DNA of 64,000 nt from Eledone cirrhosa (taxonomy: Eukaryota). Below are positions 12,557 to 24,790 of this stretch, in pieces. The notes under the pieces were generated by a model. The model saw only the letters and a list, made by a program, of their open reading frames with translations. It had not been told where the DNA came from and ran no database searches. How positions within the stretch are numbered: the stretch's first letter is position 1; every line of letters starts with the position of its first letter. The stretch lies in assembly GCA_964016885.1 (NCBI GenBank), contig OZ024740.1:389050001-389114000 (forward strand), read 5' to 3'. The translations under genes were made by a program, and so were the position numbers.

Positions 12557-14915
12557 TTGCCATGCACAAAGCTAGCAAGAACAGTAAACAGTAAACGAGC
12601 AACTATGGGAGGATATTACAGCAGATGATGTGTCTATCACACTGAGATGGGCAAGCAGCTGGAAAGCACCAGGACATGACAAGATCCTCGACTTCTGGTT
12701 AAAATATTTAACAGGAACACATAATATGCTAGCAAAGGAATTTAACGAAATTCTCATAGAACCAGAAAAAACACTTGACTGGCTCACTAAGATGAAAATG
12801 ACCCTGATCCCCCAAAATAATGACACAGCAAACACGAAAAATTACAGACCAATAACATGCTTGCTTACTATATACAAAACCTTAACTTCAATACTATCAC
12901 AGAAAATAACCAAATACCTGGAAAAAACGAACCTGCTCCCAGAAGACCAGAAAGGATGCCGCAGAGGCTTATATGGATGCAAAGACCAGTTGTTAATAAA
13001 TAAAGCCATAACTGAAAACTGCAACAACAAAAAGAACCTCAGTATGGCTTGGATTGATTACCAAAAAACGTTTTACAGTGTTCTCATACATGGGTACTCA
13101 ACACACTAGCCATGAATAGGGTATCAGCAAAAATAACATTTACCAAACAATTCTGCTGATACAGCTGATACAAACAAAAGATGAAACAATAAAAATAGAG
13201 CCTATCCCAATCAACAGAGGTATATTACAAGGAGACTCCCTATCACCACTGCTTTTCTGTCTAGCATTAACAGCACTATCTGAAATACTAAACAGAATTG
13301 TGCTTGAGTATAAATGCTACAATGGGGAAATTAACATCTCCTATATATAGATGATCTAAAAACAACTCCAAGCTGTACACGGATTCACAAAAGAAATATA
13401 TATAAAATCCGGATTAGGAAAATGTGCTAAGGCAACTCTGAAGAGAGGGAAACTAGTGAAAAGCAATAATATCATGTTAGATAAAGAAACAGAAATAAGA
13501 GAACTAGATTAAATTCAAACGTACAAATACTTAGGAATCAACGAACTAGATAAGATGCAACACACACAGATTAAAGAAACGATTAGAAAAGAATACTACA
13601 GAAGAATTAGGTTAATACTGAAAACTGAGCTAAATGCAAAGAATAAGGTGATATAGCAGTCCCAGTAATGAGCTACAGCTTTAACATTTTGAACTAGCTG
13701 GTATAGATAGAAAGGCAAGAAAAATAATGACCGCATTTAGAATACACCATCCAAAATCAGATGTAGAAAGATTATACCTACCAAGAACACAAGGAGGAAG
13801 GGGCCTTATGCAACTAGAAAATTCTTATAAAATAACTACTGTAGGACTACAAAAATACCTAATAAAAACGAAGGAAAGCCACCAATAGCCACGAAACATG
13901 AACAAAACAAAAAACTGTTCTCGGTCTTCAAGGAAGCTAAAAAATTCAAATCAGAAACTGGACTAACAGATAATTGTAAGGAAATTGAAAGCAAAGAAAA
14001 TAATAACAATAGAAATTGTGAAAGACATAAAACTTAAATTGAAAACTGACATCCAGAATTCCATGTTAAAACGATGCTAAGAGAAATCCTTACATGGACA
14101 ATACCCCAAAAGTCTAAGTAGAAAGGAAATAGACTAAGAAAACACACAAAACTGTCTCCGAAACACTGGACTAAAAGCTGAGACGGAAGGATTTCTAATT
14201 GTAGCGCAGGACCAGAGTCTACCTACCAGAAGCTACCAGAAGTACATAATGAAACAAAGCACTATAAGTAACTGTAGAATATGTGGAGATAAGGAAGAAA
14301 CAATCAACCACATAATCTCTGGATGCCCAGTACTAGCCAAAAAAAGAATATATCCACAGGCATGATAGAGTTGGAACCTTCCTACACGGGAAATTATGCC
14401 AGCATTATGAAATACCAACAGAAAAAAGATGGTACAAACACACATCAGAAAAAATGTCAGAGAATGACAAAGCAACCATTCTCTGGGATATGCCAATACA
14501 TACAGACAGAGAGATCAAGGTCAACCGATCAGTTATTATAGTCAAAGACAAAAAAGAAAAGAGATGCCTTCTAATAGATGTATCTATCCCCACAAACGAC
14601 AATATATCTTCCAAGGAAATAGAGAAACTCTCCAAATATAAAGATCTAGAGATAGAAATAACTCGAATGCGGAAAATGAAAACACAAACAATACCTATGA
14701 TAATAGGTGCTCTAAGAATGATTAAAAAAACACCCAGACAAATACATAGCCCAAACCCCAGGACTTTCAAATATATACAGCATACAAAAGATAGCACTAC
14801 TAGGCACTGCACACATATTGCGAAAAGTACTATCAATACAATAGAAACAACATCAGCAAAAACTACACTGCTCATACCCAAGGCGCACAGAGACAAGAAG
14901 AAATAAATAAAATAA
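12557..14915 (+). mobile_element. R4/Dong-clade non-LTR retrotransposon (RT, CCHC, restriction-like endonuclease), 5'-truncated and disrupted
   Basis: WKAPGHDKI, NYRPITCL, QKGCRRG..GCKDQL, AWIDYQK, GILQGDSLSPLLF, YIDDLK, CRICGDKEETINHIISGCP, ILWDMPIHTD..NR..IIVKDK..LIDVSIP..EK..KY. A-rich 3' end. Confidence 0.93.
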
Positions 14916-15335
14916 AAATGGCGTAGACATTACAGTACAATGGGAGGAAACATAATAGTACCACTGATGATGTCGTAGATGTGTGACGAAAGAACTTTGA
15001 TAGACTATATATATATATATATTTATATCTGTATTTTTAACCGCTGGTCAATCAATGATAAACATTGATTGCCAAATAAATTAACTATGGAGATATAAAA
15101 GATACAGAAGCGAAAACCAACCCAAACCAAACAGTGAGTGTGTTCTGTTACTATTATTTCTGGCAATATTATAATAATATAACCCCCCCCCCCCCCAAAT
15201 ATAACAATATTTGTTTCGACACACGATTTCATATATATATATATATATATAGTTATGTAATAAACAACATAAGATAATTATTTCATTTACCAGTGGTTTC
15301 TTCAAAGCAGATAAATCTGCTTTCAGTCGTCAGAA

Positions 15336-15383
<48 letters not shown>

Positions 15384-15846
15384 CATACATACAGGAATCA
15401 TCCACGTGAAACGCGTTTCAACGGAATGTTTTTGAAACAGGAAGCAATACATCCACTTTTATTCGTGAAAATAACGGTTTTTAAACAACTGCAGTATAAT
15501 ATGTATACATGAAAACGTTTGAAGAGAAATGCATTATAGTATAAATAAGAATCGTAATATCGTAACGGTTAGGTTTTTTTAATCCCAAAAGATTATTATT
15601 TATAATGAACTATTGTGAGATGGGAGGTGATCTAATGGGAATCACTGTTACATAATTCATCATCATCAATATCTTCTTTTTGAATGAAGAACTTATCCAA
15701 AGTTGTTTAGTTGTTATTGTGCATCATCGAGTTGTACTGTTCAGCTTAGGAACTGAACTCTTGTAATTTTTGGTTATTACCAGAAAAAAACTTGCAGATC
15801 TTCTTCTATAAGCGCCAGTCCTTTAGCAATATTATTTGCCACGTAG

Positions 15847-16064
15847 GGCGGTGGATTGGCATTATCGGTAGAGACCATGCTTTGCAACATAGAGTTACGG
15901 CCCTTTAGGGTCTGAGTTCAAATCCCGCTGAGGTTAACTTTGCCTTTCATCCTTACGGGGTCGATAAAATAAAGCACCAGTAATGCACTGGGGTCGATTT
16001 AATCGACTTCCCCCCCCCAAAAAAAAATTACTGGCCTTGTGCCTATAGTGGAAATCAATATTAT
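15847..16064 (+). mobile_element. SINE family A
   Basis: ggcggtggattggc...gagttcaaatcccgctgaggttaac...ggggtcgataaaataaag. Confidence 0.9.
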
Positions 16065-16394
16065 TTGCCATGTAGAGATGGGGAGTTTCTGTACTCTGTT
16101 GTTGCTATGTAGCTTGCTCTTTTTCAAAGAATCTCATTGGACAAAATTACTCGGAATATCAATGACATCACCCCCTCTGATTGTTGAAACCCTATATAAT
16201 TTTCCAGTGTCACAATATCTTACCGAAATTGATGTAGAAATTTTGCTTGGGCAAAACTTGTAAAAACACAGTTACTGTCTAGCCATATATTTTTCGAACA
16301 CCATTCATAGCGGAGAGTTTTACGACTTCCCATGATTCAGTTACGTTCTTATTGGCACCCATAACGTTGAACTTTTACCAGAAGCATTAAATAT

Positions 16395-16520
16395 ATGCGT
16401 AGCAAGTTCAGATGGGCTAGACACGTCGCCCGGTTCACCGATAATCCGTGGATCCGCGCAGTTGCCGAGTGGTACACGCGCGAGCAGAAACGACCACTCG
16501 GAAGGCCTCCATGAGGGTGG
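16395..16520 (+). mobile_element. RTE-clade LINE 3' fragment
   Basis: Translates SKFRWARHVARFTDNPWIRAVAEWYTREQKRPLGRPP*GW, the RTE C-terminal RWAGHVAR...GRP..RW motif. Confidence 0.8.
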
Positions 16521-17334
16521 AGTTACGATTTTAAGAATACGATTGGGAATATATATATATATATATTATATATATTATGGAATACTGTTGGCTTCTTGCT
16601 ACAATAATTTCTATACTTTTCATTTATATATATATATATATATAGTGTTGTTTCTAATTCCGTAGTATAGCTTTAGTTAAACTATGTGCAAAATAACAAC
16701 AAATTGTGATTTGCTGGATTGTTATTCATTGGATGACAAACATTGACAAAAGTAAGAAACAGCAATCTACCCCTAGATTTCAGGTCTTGTTACCCACCAC
16801 ACCAGAAGTCTCATTTTCTGCTGACTAGTTCAATAAGACCTCAGTAAAGGGTAAGCGTGATTTCAATGATCTTGATGCTGCAGTTGTAATCCGGAGATTT
16901 ACACTTATTTTTTCAAGTCTCTTACTTATTTGATCGACCTCCTTTTTGTCGAACAGATAGGTTACGAGGATTAACACAGGCACACACATACAGATACGAT
17001 GGGCTTCTGCAATTTATGTCTATGAAAGCATTGGTCAACTGGCGGTTATAGTAGACAACACTTGCCAGGCGTGCGTCTATATGTATGTGTACCTTCGTCG
17101 AAAAACACATTGGTCAAAAGACATTCGTGGGAAAACCTCCGTAAAAAGACATAATCATCGAAAAGCGTAATGATGACTATTTTTCTAAACAGCATATTGT
17201 AATTATAAAATGATAAGGGGAAATCTTTTTAGTAAAATATATTTTCAATTTATTTTCAGTTTGCTTGATTTTTTAAAGAAAATGACTTCTAAGTTAAATA
17301 TCGTTCGATATTTTTATAAAGTAGATAGTAGTAG

Positions 17335-17970
17335 TAATGCCGTTTCGGGGCAGTCGTTGACGAGTTCGGCCTGCAACCACTGTCTTGCTGCCAGAGAGTA
17401 GGCCGGTTCCCTCGACATGCCGCTCTTAACGACATATTAAGAAGGTGCCTGGACGCAGGTGGGTTTACATCACAATTGGAACCAGCAGGCCTTGACCGCG
17501 GAGACAGTAAGCGCCCCGATGGAATCACCCTGTTTCCATTCGAAAGAGGTAGATCCCTCATCTGGGACGCCACATGCTGTGACAGGTTCTCCGCCTCCAA
17601 CTTGGTTGCTTCGGTCACAAACCCCGGTACTGCGGCCTGCAATGCAGAGGAAAGGAAGATAACAAATACCAGGGATTGTCGGCCGCTTCCTCTTCGCACC
17701 CGTCGCCGTCGAGACCTCAGGTGTACTTGGACCGACCCCGTACTGCCAAGCTCCTCCGCAAGATCGGAACGTCAGAAGCCCGTCTGGGGAAGGGGCCCGC
17801 TGGCCGTTGTCCGCGAGAATGCTTTTGCGTTCTTTTCCGCGCTCGGCCTAGAGCTCATCATCTCCCCTCTTCCCCCCACCCCATTCTTCTGTGACCCTAG
17901 AGCCCTTGCCTTTCCCTTCCTTTTCCGTTTTCATTACTACAAAAGACACTTGAATTTTTTATTAATAAAA
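17335..17970 (+). mobile_element. CRE-clade non-LTR 3' fragment (zinc-knuckle remnant + REL endonuclease + 3' UTR)
   Basis: GRFPRHAALNDILRR, EPAGLDRGDSKRPDGITLFPFERGRSLIWDATC, AEERK, APVAVETSG, RENAFA. Ends in aataaaa. Confidence 0.88.
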
Positions 17971-18333
17971 TAATTTAATTATCGTATTCTGATTTCCACC
18001 ATTACCAATAACATTGACTATTGTGAACACGCCATCACCACCACCACAATGACGGCAACCATGTCCAGCACCACTAACACGACCACAACAACAACAAATT
18101 AAATTACTTTTTAAACGTTCAAAAAGGTGAAAAGTTCATTGATAGCCAACCTTATACACAATACCAAGAAGATAATTCCAAATGGCTCAATCCATCCAAG
18201 ATACTATTTCGAATTATATTAAAATATTTTAGCATAATAAGAACACAGCTTCGTAGAATATCAATCCGAGCATTAACATGATCGTGTTCATCACTTATAG
18301 CGACGCTGTGTGAATTCATCGTCCTTGTAATAA

Positions 18334-18425
18334 TAGTTTCTGGCCAGCAATTTGGGGGGAGGGGAAAGTCGACTAGATCGAACCCAGTGCTAATTGGTAC
18401 TTTATTTTATCGACCCTGTAAGGAT
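18334..18425 (-). mobile_element. SINE family A, truncated by the adjacent HHR element
   Basis: Core ends abruptly at cgaccctgtaaggatg. Confidence 0.8.
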
Positions 18426-18460
18426 GTCACTTACTTATTTTCGGCGAAAGAAGGGAGAGG

Positions 18461-18502
18461 GGTTGACAGTCTGTTTCACACTGGTTGGCGTTCATCAGAA
18501 CC
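18461..18502 (-). ncRNA. Type I hammerhead ribozyme (intact core)
   Basis: Reverse complement of 18757-18798 with one stem II change that still allows a G-U pair. Confidence 0.85.
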
Positions 18503-18756
18503 ACGCACTCCCCTGCTTCCACCGAAAATTTAAAACTGATAGCGTATGGTCTTCTAAATGTTTTTAACTAAACATACCGTATATTGGCAAATATTCTATA
18601 CATACATTCATGTATACATCGCTATTTCAGAGCACCAATCCTAATACCTAATTTTTGCTGGACCGGCAATCGCTCTGTATAATCAGCTCCTGATTATTAC
18701 TGGGATTCTATAAGAATCCAGCTTCTATAATTTTCGGTGGAAGCAGGGGAGTGCGT

Positions 18757-18798
18757 GGTTCTGATGAACGCCAACCAGCGTGAAACAGACTGTCAACC
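18757..18798 (+). ncRNA. Type I hammerhead ribozyme (intact core)
   Basis: GGTT-CTGATGA-ACGC caacca GCGT-GAAA CAG a CTG TC-AACC. All three stems pair and the cleavage triplet is GUC. Confidence 0.9.
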
Positions 18799-18954
18799 CC
18801 TCTCCCTTCTTTCGCTGAAAATAAGTAAGTGACATAGTCACTACTTTAAAACTGATAGCGTATGGTCTTCTAAATGTTTTTAATCAAACATACGGTATAT
18901 TGCCAAATATACTATACATACATTCATGTATACATTCATGTATACATTTCAGAG

Positions 18955-19135
18955 AATTGTTTCTACTTTTGGCACAAGGCCAGCAATTATCCAGTTCATT
19001 ACTGGTACTTTATTTTATCGACCCCGTAAGGATGAAAGGCAAAGTTAACCTCGGCGGGATTTGAACTCAAACCATAAAGGGGCGTAACTATTTGCTGCAA
19101 AGCATGGCATCAGACCCTCTACCGATACTGCCAGT
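18955..19135 (-). mobile_element. SINE family A
   Basis: Near full-length match to the family consensus. Confidence 0.9.
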
Positions 19136-19477
19136 TAATAATAACATTCGATTCGTTTGCAATTATGCAAACAAGCCTCATTTTTATAGCCATGTCAGTA
19201 GAATGAACTCTTCATTCCTGCTCTTGTGTTGGCATATAAACAGAACTGCAGACACTAATGTTTCTGGGTATCACCCTTCATCAGTACAGCTCACTGTTCA
19301 CCTGCCAACTGTCAGAGCTAGTGAAAATATATGCTATTTTCTAAAATATTCAGTGACTGATCGGTCTGATTTGCATATTAGCAAACTGGCTGATCAGTCA
19401 GATCTGCATGATTGCAAACGAATCGAATAAAAACTCAGATTACATTTATTGTATTCAGCCATGTAGAGCGAAAATTT

Positions 19478-19531
<54 letters not shown>

Positions 19532-19835
19532 CCAAAGATTAATATGGTTCGTTGATTAATCAACGAATACAATTTTACAATAGATTAGAAGCACTCGAGA
19601 AGAGATTTTCCTGGAGTATTTAATATTATTCAAAATGTTAATAAATGAAAAATATTCTCATAATCTAAATATATATTTTATTATACATATTTCAAAGTTA
19701 CAATGGTGTTTAAGTACGTTTTCATCAGACAAAATATAAGATTTGATATGTGACATACCGCTACGGTTTTGATTATTCATTTCCAGTATTGGCAGTGATT
19801 TATTTCACCAAATCACATTGTTTTTATACCACAAA

Positions 19836-20026
19836 TAATTGTTTCTACTTTTTGGCACAAGGTCAGCAATTAACCAGTGTATTCCTGGTATTTTATTTTA
19901 TCGACCCCGTAAGGATGAAAGCCAAAGTTAACCAAGGCAGGATTTGAACTCAGAATGGCAAGGGCCGTAACTCTATGCGTCAAAGCATGGTGTCCGACCC
20001 TCTACTGATACTACCAATCCACCGCC
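19836..20026 (-). mobile_element. SINE family A
   Basis: Full-length match from aattgtttctac to aatccaccgcc. Confidence 0.9.
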
Positions 20027-20288
20027 ACAAATAATATGATAAACTTAAAGAAGAAAAGGACGTAGAGCAAGGTAGAAATATAGAAGGGGGATGCAAAGAA
20101 GAGGAAAAGGCAAGAAATAAACAAATAAATAAATAAATAAATGAATAAATGAATAAAAGTAGAAAAAAAAAAGATATTGTACCTTTGAAATCTAAACTAT
20201 AATAAAGGAAGATCTGCGGGACTGCGTACGTTTATTTTTTTTTTTTTTTATCCCGTTAGTAAAATAAGTTGGATTACTGTGAATAAAT

Positions 20289-20680
20289 AATTGTTTCTAC
20301 TTTAGGCACAAGGCCAGCAATTATCCCAGTGCATTACTGGTACTTTATTTTATCGACTCCGTAAGGATGAAAGGCAAAGTCAACCGCGGCGGGATTTGAA
20401 CTCAGATCGTAAAGGGACGTAACTATGCTGGAAAGCATGGCGTCCGACCCTCTACCGATACTGTCAATCCACCGCCCCTTTGAATAAATAATTGTTTCTA
20501 CTTTTGGCACAAGGTCAGCAATTTTCCCAGTGTATTACTAGTACTTTATTTTATCGACCCCGTAAGGATGAAAGGCAAAGTTAACCTCGGCGGGATTTGA
20601 ACTCAGATCATAAAGGGAGGTAACTCTATGCTTCAAAGCATGGCGTCCCGACCCTCTACCGATACTGCCAATCCACCGCC
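20289..20680 (-). mobile_element. Two head-to-tail full-length copies of SINE family A
   Basis: Copies at 20289-20477 and 20489-20680. tgaataaataat is repeated at 20279, 20480 and 20684 (TSD-like). Confidence 0.92.
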
Positions 20681-21159
20681 CTTATGAATAAATAATGAAT
20701 GAATATTACATAATTTATCTACTAAATTTCGTAAACAAAAATAATTTCGTAAAAATAAATAATTTAAAATTGACTTCTTTTCAAAGTTGCACTTCCGATA
20801 TATCATTGTCACCACCACCACTTCAACTACCATATATATATAGAAAGAGTGTGTGATGTCAACACTTCCGGTGGCGATCGCTTAAATAAACATACTATTT
20901 TTCTGTCACTAATCTTCTCCTAATGCAGTTTATATATAATATCGTCTTTTTTTAACGTATCATGGATTACTTTACTGATTACATAAGACAGTGTAACAAC
21001 GTCTTCGTTTAATTTCTGTTTATATTGTCAATTACGATTTTATTTGATGTATCATATCTACATGTATATATACTTGCGTATAATATCAATATACACACTA
21101 CACATGCTAGCAGAAAATCAGATTATGAGAATATTTTTCATTTATTAACATTTTGAATA

Positions 21160-21220
<61 letters not shown>

Positions 21221-21223
<3 letters not shown>

Positions 21224-21412
21224 GAATATGTGTGACCCCGACGGCAGAGCTCAAGCCGTTTCGACGGTTATTTCTGTCCAGAAATAGCCGTCGAAACGGC
21301 TTGAACTCTGCCGTCGGGGTCTAACATTTTCCTATTACCCACTCTACTACCCTAAGTATTGAGTACTCTGGTGCTTTATGGTCTACCTGGTTCCTTACCA
21401 CACCTCCTTCGT
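21221..21412 (+). mobile_element. Fold-back mini-element, family X
   Basis: Palindrome gaccccgacggcagagctcaagccgtttcgacgg..ccgtcgaaacggcttgaactctgccgtcggggtc centred near 21276. The tail is homologous to 7805-7880. Confidence 0.8.
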
Positions 21413-21426
21413 TATATATATATATA

Positions 21427-23160
21427 GTGAAATTTGGAACTGGAGCGAAAACAGAGAGGCAGTACAAACAATGGTTTATTAGTTTCACGCTCTTGAGAGT
21501 GGGGAGGTGGGGAACGACGTTGTGGGCATAAGCCCTTCCTCAGGAGAAAAGTGTGTGGGAAGAGAGTTCCGAGGGTGTGTGGGGGAGTGGTGGAGAGACA
21601 TTTAGGTTGGAGGAGGTGCAGTGGAAGGCGTGCCGGACAGAGAGAGAGTGGCCGTTGGGACCCTGGAAGGTGGTGGGTGGTGTTGGTGATGTGGGGGCAG
21701 ATGTGGCAACGAGACCTGGAGCAGGGAAGGGAACCGGGGGGAGAAGAGCGTGGGTTGGGGTAGGGAGCTGCGGACGAGGAGGGTGCGGAGATTGCGTGCG
21801 CGTTTGAAGGAGGGGAGCGGTGGGGATTGGAAGATGTGGGAGGTGGAGGGGTCGGACTGGAGGTGTCGGAAGAGGCGGTGGAGGGGAAGGATGGAGGGTA
21901 GGGTGGAGGGGTGGTAGGTGATGGTGGGTGTGCGATGGCGTGGAATGAGGGTGGTGGAGCGGTGGACAGCACGGGCGCGAGTGAGGGCGGTGTGGACGAG
22001 GGGAGAGAAACTTCTGCGGATGAAATGGTTGACTAGGGAAAAGGCCTGGGACTCAAAGTCAGCATCTCGGCTACAGAGGCGGCGGATCCGGAGGAGTTGG
22101 GGGTAGGGAATAGCGTGTTTTGTGTGTGAAGGGTGGGAGGAGGTGAAGTCGAGGTAGGAGTGGGAGTCCGTGGGTTTGAAGAAGGCGGAGGTGACGAGGA
22201 AGCGGTGGGAGAGGTCGATGGCGACGGAGATGTCTAAGAAGTGGACGTGGGTGGTGGAGATAAAGGTGGTGAAATGGAGGGAGGAGTGGAAGGAGCAGAA
22301 GAAGGAGAGAAAGGAGTCGAGCTGTTCTCGGGAGAGGGTCGTGGCTGCGATACAGTCGTCGATGTAACGACCGTACAGTTCGGGCGTGGGTCGGTGTACT
22401 GGCGAAGATTTGGGCCTCAACATGGCCAACGAAAAGGTTGGCATAGTTAGGGCCCATTCTTGTGCCTATGGCTACCCCCGTGACCTGTTGGTAAAACTCA
22501 CCCGAGAAGGAGAAGCAGTTGAGAGTGATGACCAGTTCGGCGAGGCGAAGGAGGGTGGAGGTGGAGGTGATGGGGAGGGGTGAAGCTCGAGGTAGTGCCT
22601 GAGGGCACGTAGGCCGTCGGCGTGGGGGATGACAGTATAAAGCGACTTGATGTCTAGGGTGAAGAGGAGGGGTGTGGGCCGGGTGGGAAAGTGAAGGAGT
22701 CGAACAGGCGAAGGGCGTGGTTGGTGTCGGAGATGTGGGAGGGGAGGTTGGTGACGAGGGGGGCGAGGAAGGAGTCAAGAAAGGCGGAGATGAGTTCGGT
22801 GGGCAGTTGCAAGCGCAGACGATGGGGCAGCCGGATTTGTCGGGTTTGGGGAGTTTGGGGAGGAAGTAGATGGTAGGGGTGCGGCGAGTGCGGACGTTGA
22901 GGTGGGAAGCGGTGGGAGGGAGGAGGGAGGAGGAGACAAGGTGATGGATGGTGGAGGAAACTTGTTGGTAGAGAAGTGTGGGGTCGAAGGGTAGAGGGCG
23001 GTAGAAGAGGGGGTTGCGGAGCTGCCTGAGGGCTTCGGCCGTGTAGAGGTCAGCGCGCCACACCACCACGGCGCCTCCCTTGTCCGCCGGTTTGATGACG
23101 ATGTCATCTCGGCTACGGAGGGAGCGGAGAGCGAGGAGTTCCCCCCCGTGAGATGTTATG
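21427..23160 (-). mobile_element. GC-rich Neptune-type Penelope-like element (RT + Cys linker; GIY-YIG largely deleted)
   Basis: IKPADKGGAVVVW, IYFLPK, LDIKSLYT, GVAIGTRMGPNYANLF, RYIDD, HFLD, KPTDSHSYL..SSHP, PCSRSRCHICPHI. Many frameshifts. Confidence 0.93.
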
Positions 23161-23316
23161 CCGTTTGGACATATATATATATAATGTTGTATTCCTATCT
23201 GTTTTTTTGTTCAGGAACTCCTCCTATGGTTTTGGAGATAAACTCCCATAACGATATATATTCTGAAACTACATTGCCCAGGGTACTTGGATAAGTATAT
23301 TTCATTATAATCAAAG

Positions 23317-23840
23317 GGTTCTCCCGGGGCACAAAACCACCGCTGAAAACCCCCACTGAAAATGTTTTCCCTTCGATTTAAATGAAATTTAAACCATAGG
23401 TAAATGACAAGATATGATGCCTATTCACAAAATTTCAGCAAATTTCAATAATATCAAGACACCATAATGGGGATTAAACCCCCTATTAAGGTTCCTCGGG
23501 GCACAAACCACCGCTGAAAATCTTTTCTCTTCGATTTATATGAAATTTAAACCATAAGTAAATGACAAGATATGATGGCTATTCACATAAGTTTTGAATT
23601 GATATTTTTAAAAAAAATGATTTACAAGAAACAAAATAAGAATAAGATTTAATAATGTAATTTTGATTTGATATATTACAAAAAATAATGTTTTCCAATT
23701 TTTCATGCATTACATTTTACATTGAGTAATATTGAAATGCAGAGTTTTTCTCCATAAATTATATTACTGATTTAAAATCAGTCATCATTTTCTTACAAAA
23801 AAATCTGTAAAACGCAGCAAGGCACGGGTAATTCGGCTAG
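23317..23840 (+). mobile_element. Possible non-autonomous Helitron-like element with an internal tandem duplication
   Basis: Ends gcagcaaggcacgggtaattcggCTAG followed by T. About 23317-23430 is repeated at about 23489-23588. Confidence 0.5.
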
Positions 23841-23990
23841 TATATATATATAATTATACTTATAATAATTTTCTGCCCTGCGGTTAAGCCTTTGGCGTTT
23901 CGACTGCAGATAAAGCTCTTCATTTGTTAATAAAACGGGAAAAAGCGTAACCGTAGGGTAGAAAATCCTAATAATATTTACATTCTACTT

Positions 23991-24790
23991 TTATCTTTCC
24001 CAAAACACCAATTCTCTATGAAGTATTATATGAAACAATAGAAGAACAGGGAGTAAGACTTTTCTTACGTGTGTTATCCATTTATCTTCTCGAGCTGAGA
24101 TATTACACGTCACGTCAGACAACATGAGAATTTTAGTTTTAGAAACGTTGTTCTTCCTAGAGATTCCAAGGATACGCAGCAGACTGTAAATATGGAATTT
24201 TTCCAGTATCGTCATTTGTTTTCTATTGAACGTTCTGCACTTATACAAGAGTCGAAATATCGACAACTTTTTAAACAATGACCATAAAACACGAACATAC
24301 CTCTTCAAGATGACACGCTAGTGCAGGCGTTCGAATGCATATGAAACCTGTTTAATTCTGTTATGAAGCTCCTCTGTCAACATTACATCACTTCCAAAAT
24401 ACACAGAAGACTTGGTTTTCGATAGAAATGTCGGTGGGAGGTGGATGATTATGCCGGAATGAAGTTTACAGTGTAAGAAGTTTCCGCTTCTGTGGAGAAT
24501 GCGATTCATTGCAAACTGCCTGAATGAAAAAAATCATCAGCATTGTCGTTTGCAAACAGTCCGTCTGGTTATCTCTTCAATTTGCTGCGTGTTGCTACCA
24601 ATGCGGAAATCTTTCATTTACTTTTTTGTTATCTCTTTTATGCAAAAGTTATCTCTTTTATGCCTTAGTTGCAGACAATCCTGAAGATATATAAATTCTC
24701 GTTGATCCTATTGTAGCATTAGCTTGAACAGGGCGTTGTAATGTTCCAGTCATAGAAAACACACGCATGAAACGGTATATCTTTGTTAAA
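23991..24790 (-). mobile_element. Highly decayed RTE-type LINE fragment
   Basis: EELHNRIKQVSYAFERL and LEKFHIYSLLRILGISRKNNVS match the RTE post-RT motifs EI..RI..A..AFGRL and LE.FH..CLR.IL.I.W. Confidence 0.7.

Larger units (their letters stand above)
18425..18954 (+). mobile_element. Non-coding PLE/retrozyme-like element: inverted HHR repeats plus a direct repeat
   Basis: 18425-18529 is the reverse complement of 18729-18835. 18528-18632 is directly repeated at 18845-18954. Confidence 0.85.

Noticed and set aside
11251-12602. CV/HT, poly-N, poly-R and poly-S ORFs (also at 41646-42166)
   Set aside because: Translations of (GT)n, (AAT)n and (AAG)n repeats.
14961-15000. CTGATGA-tgtc..gac-GAAA hammerhead-like motif
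   Set aside because: Stem II is plausible but stems I and III cannot be formed. Possibly a decayed relic; not called.
23882-23926. Minus-strand ATGAAGA..GAAACGCCAAAGGC motif
   Set aside because: Core is mutated and stem I is absent.
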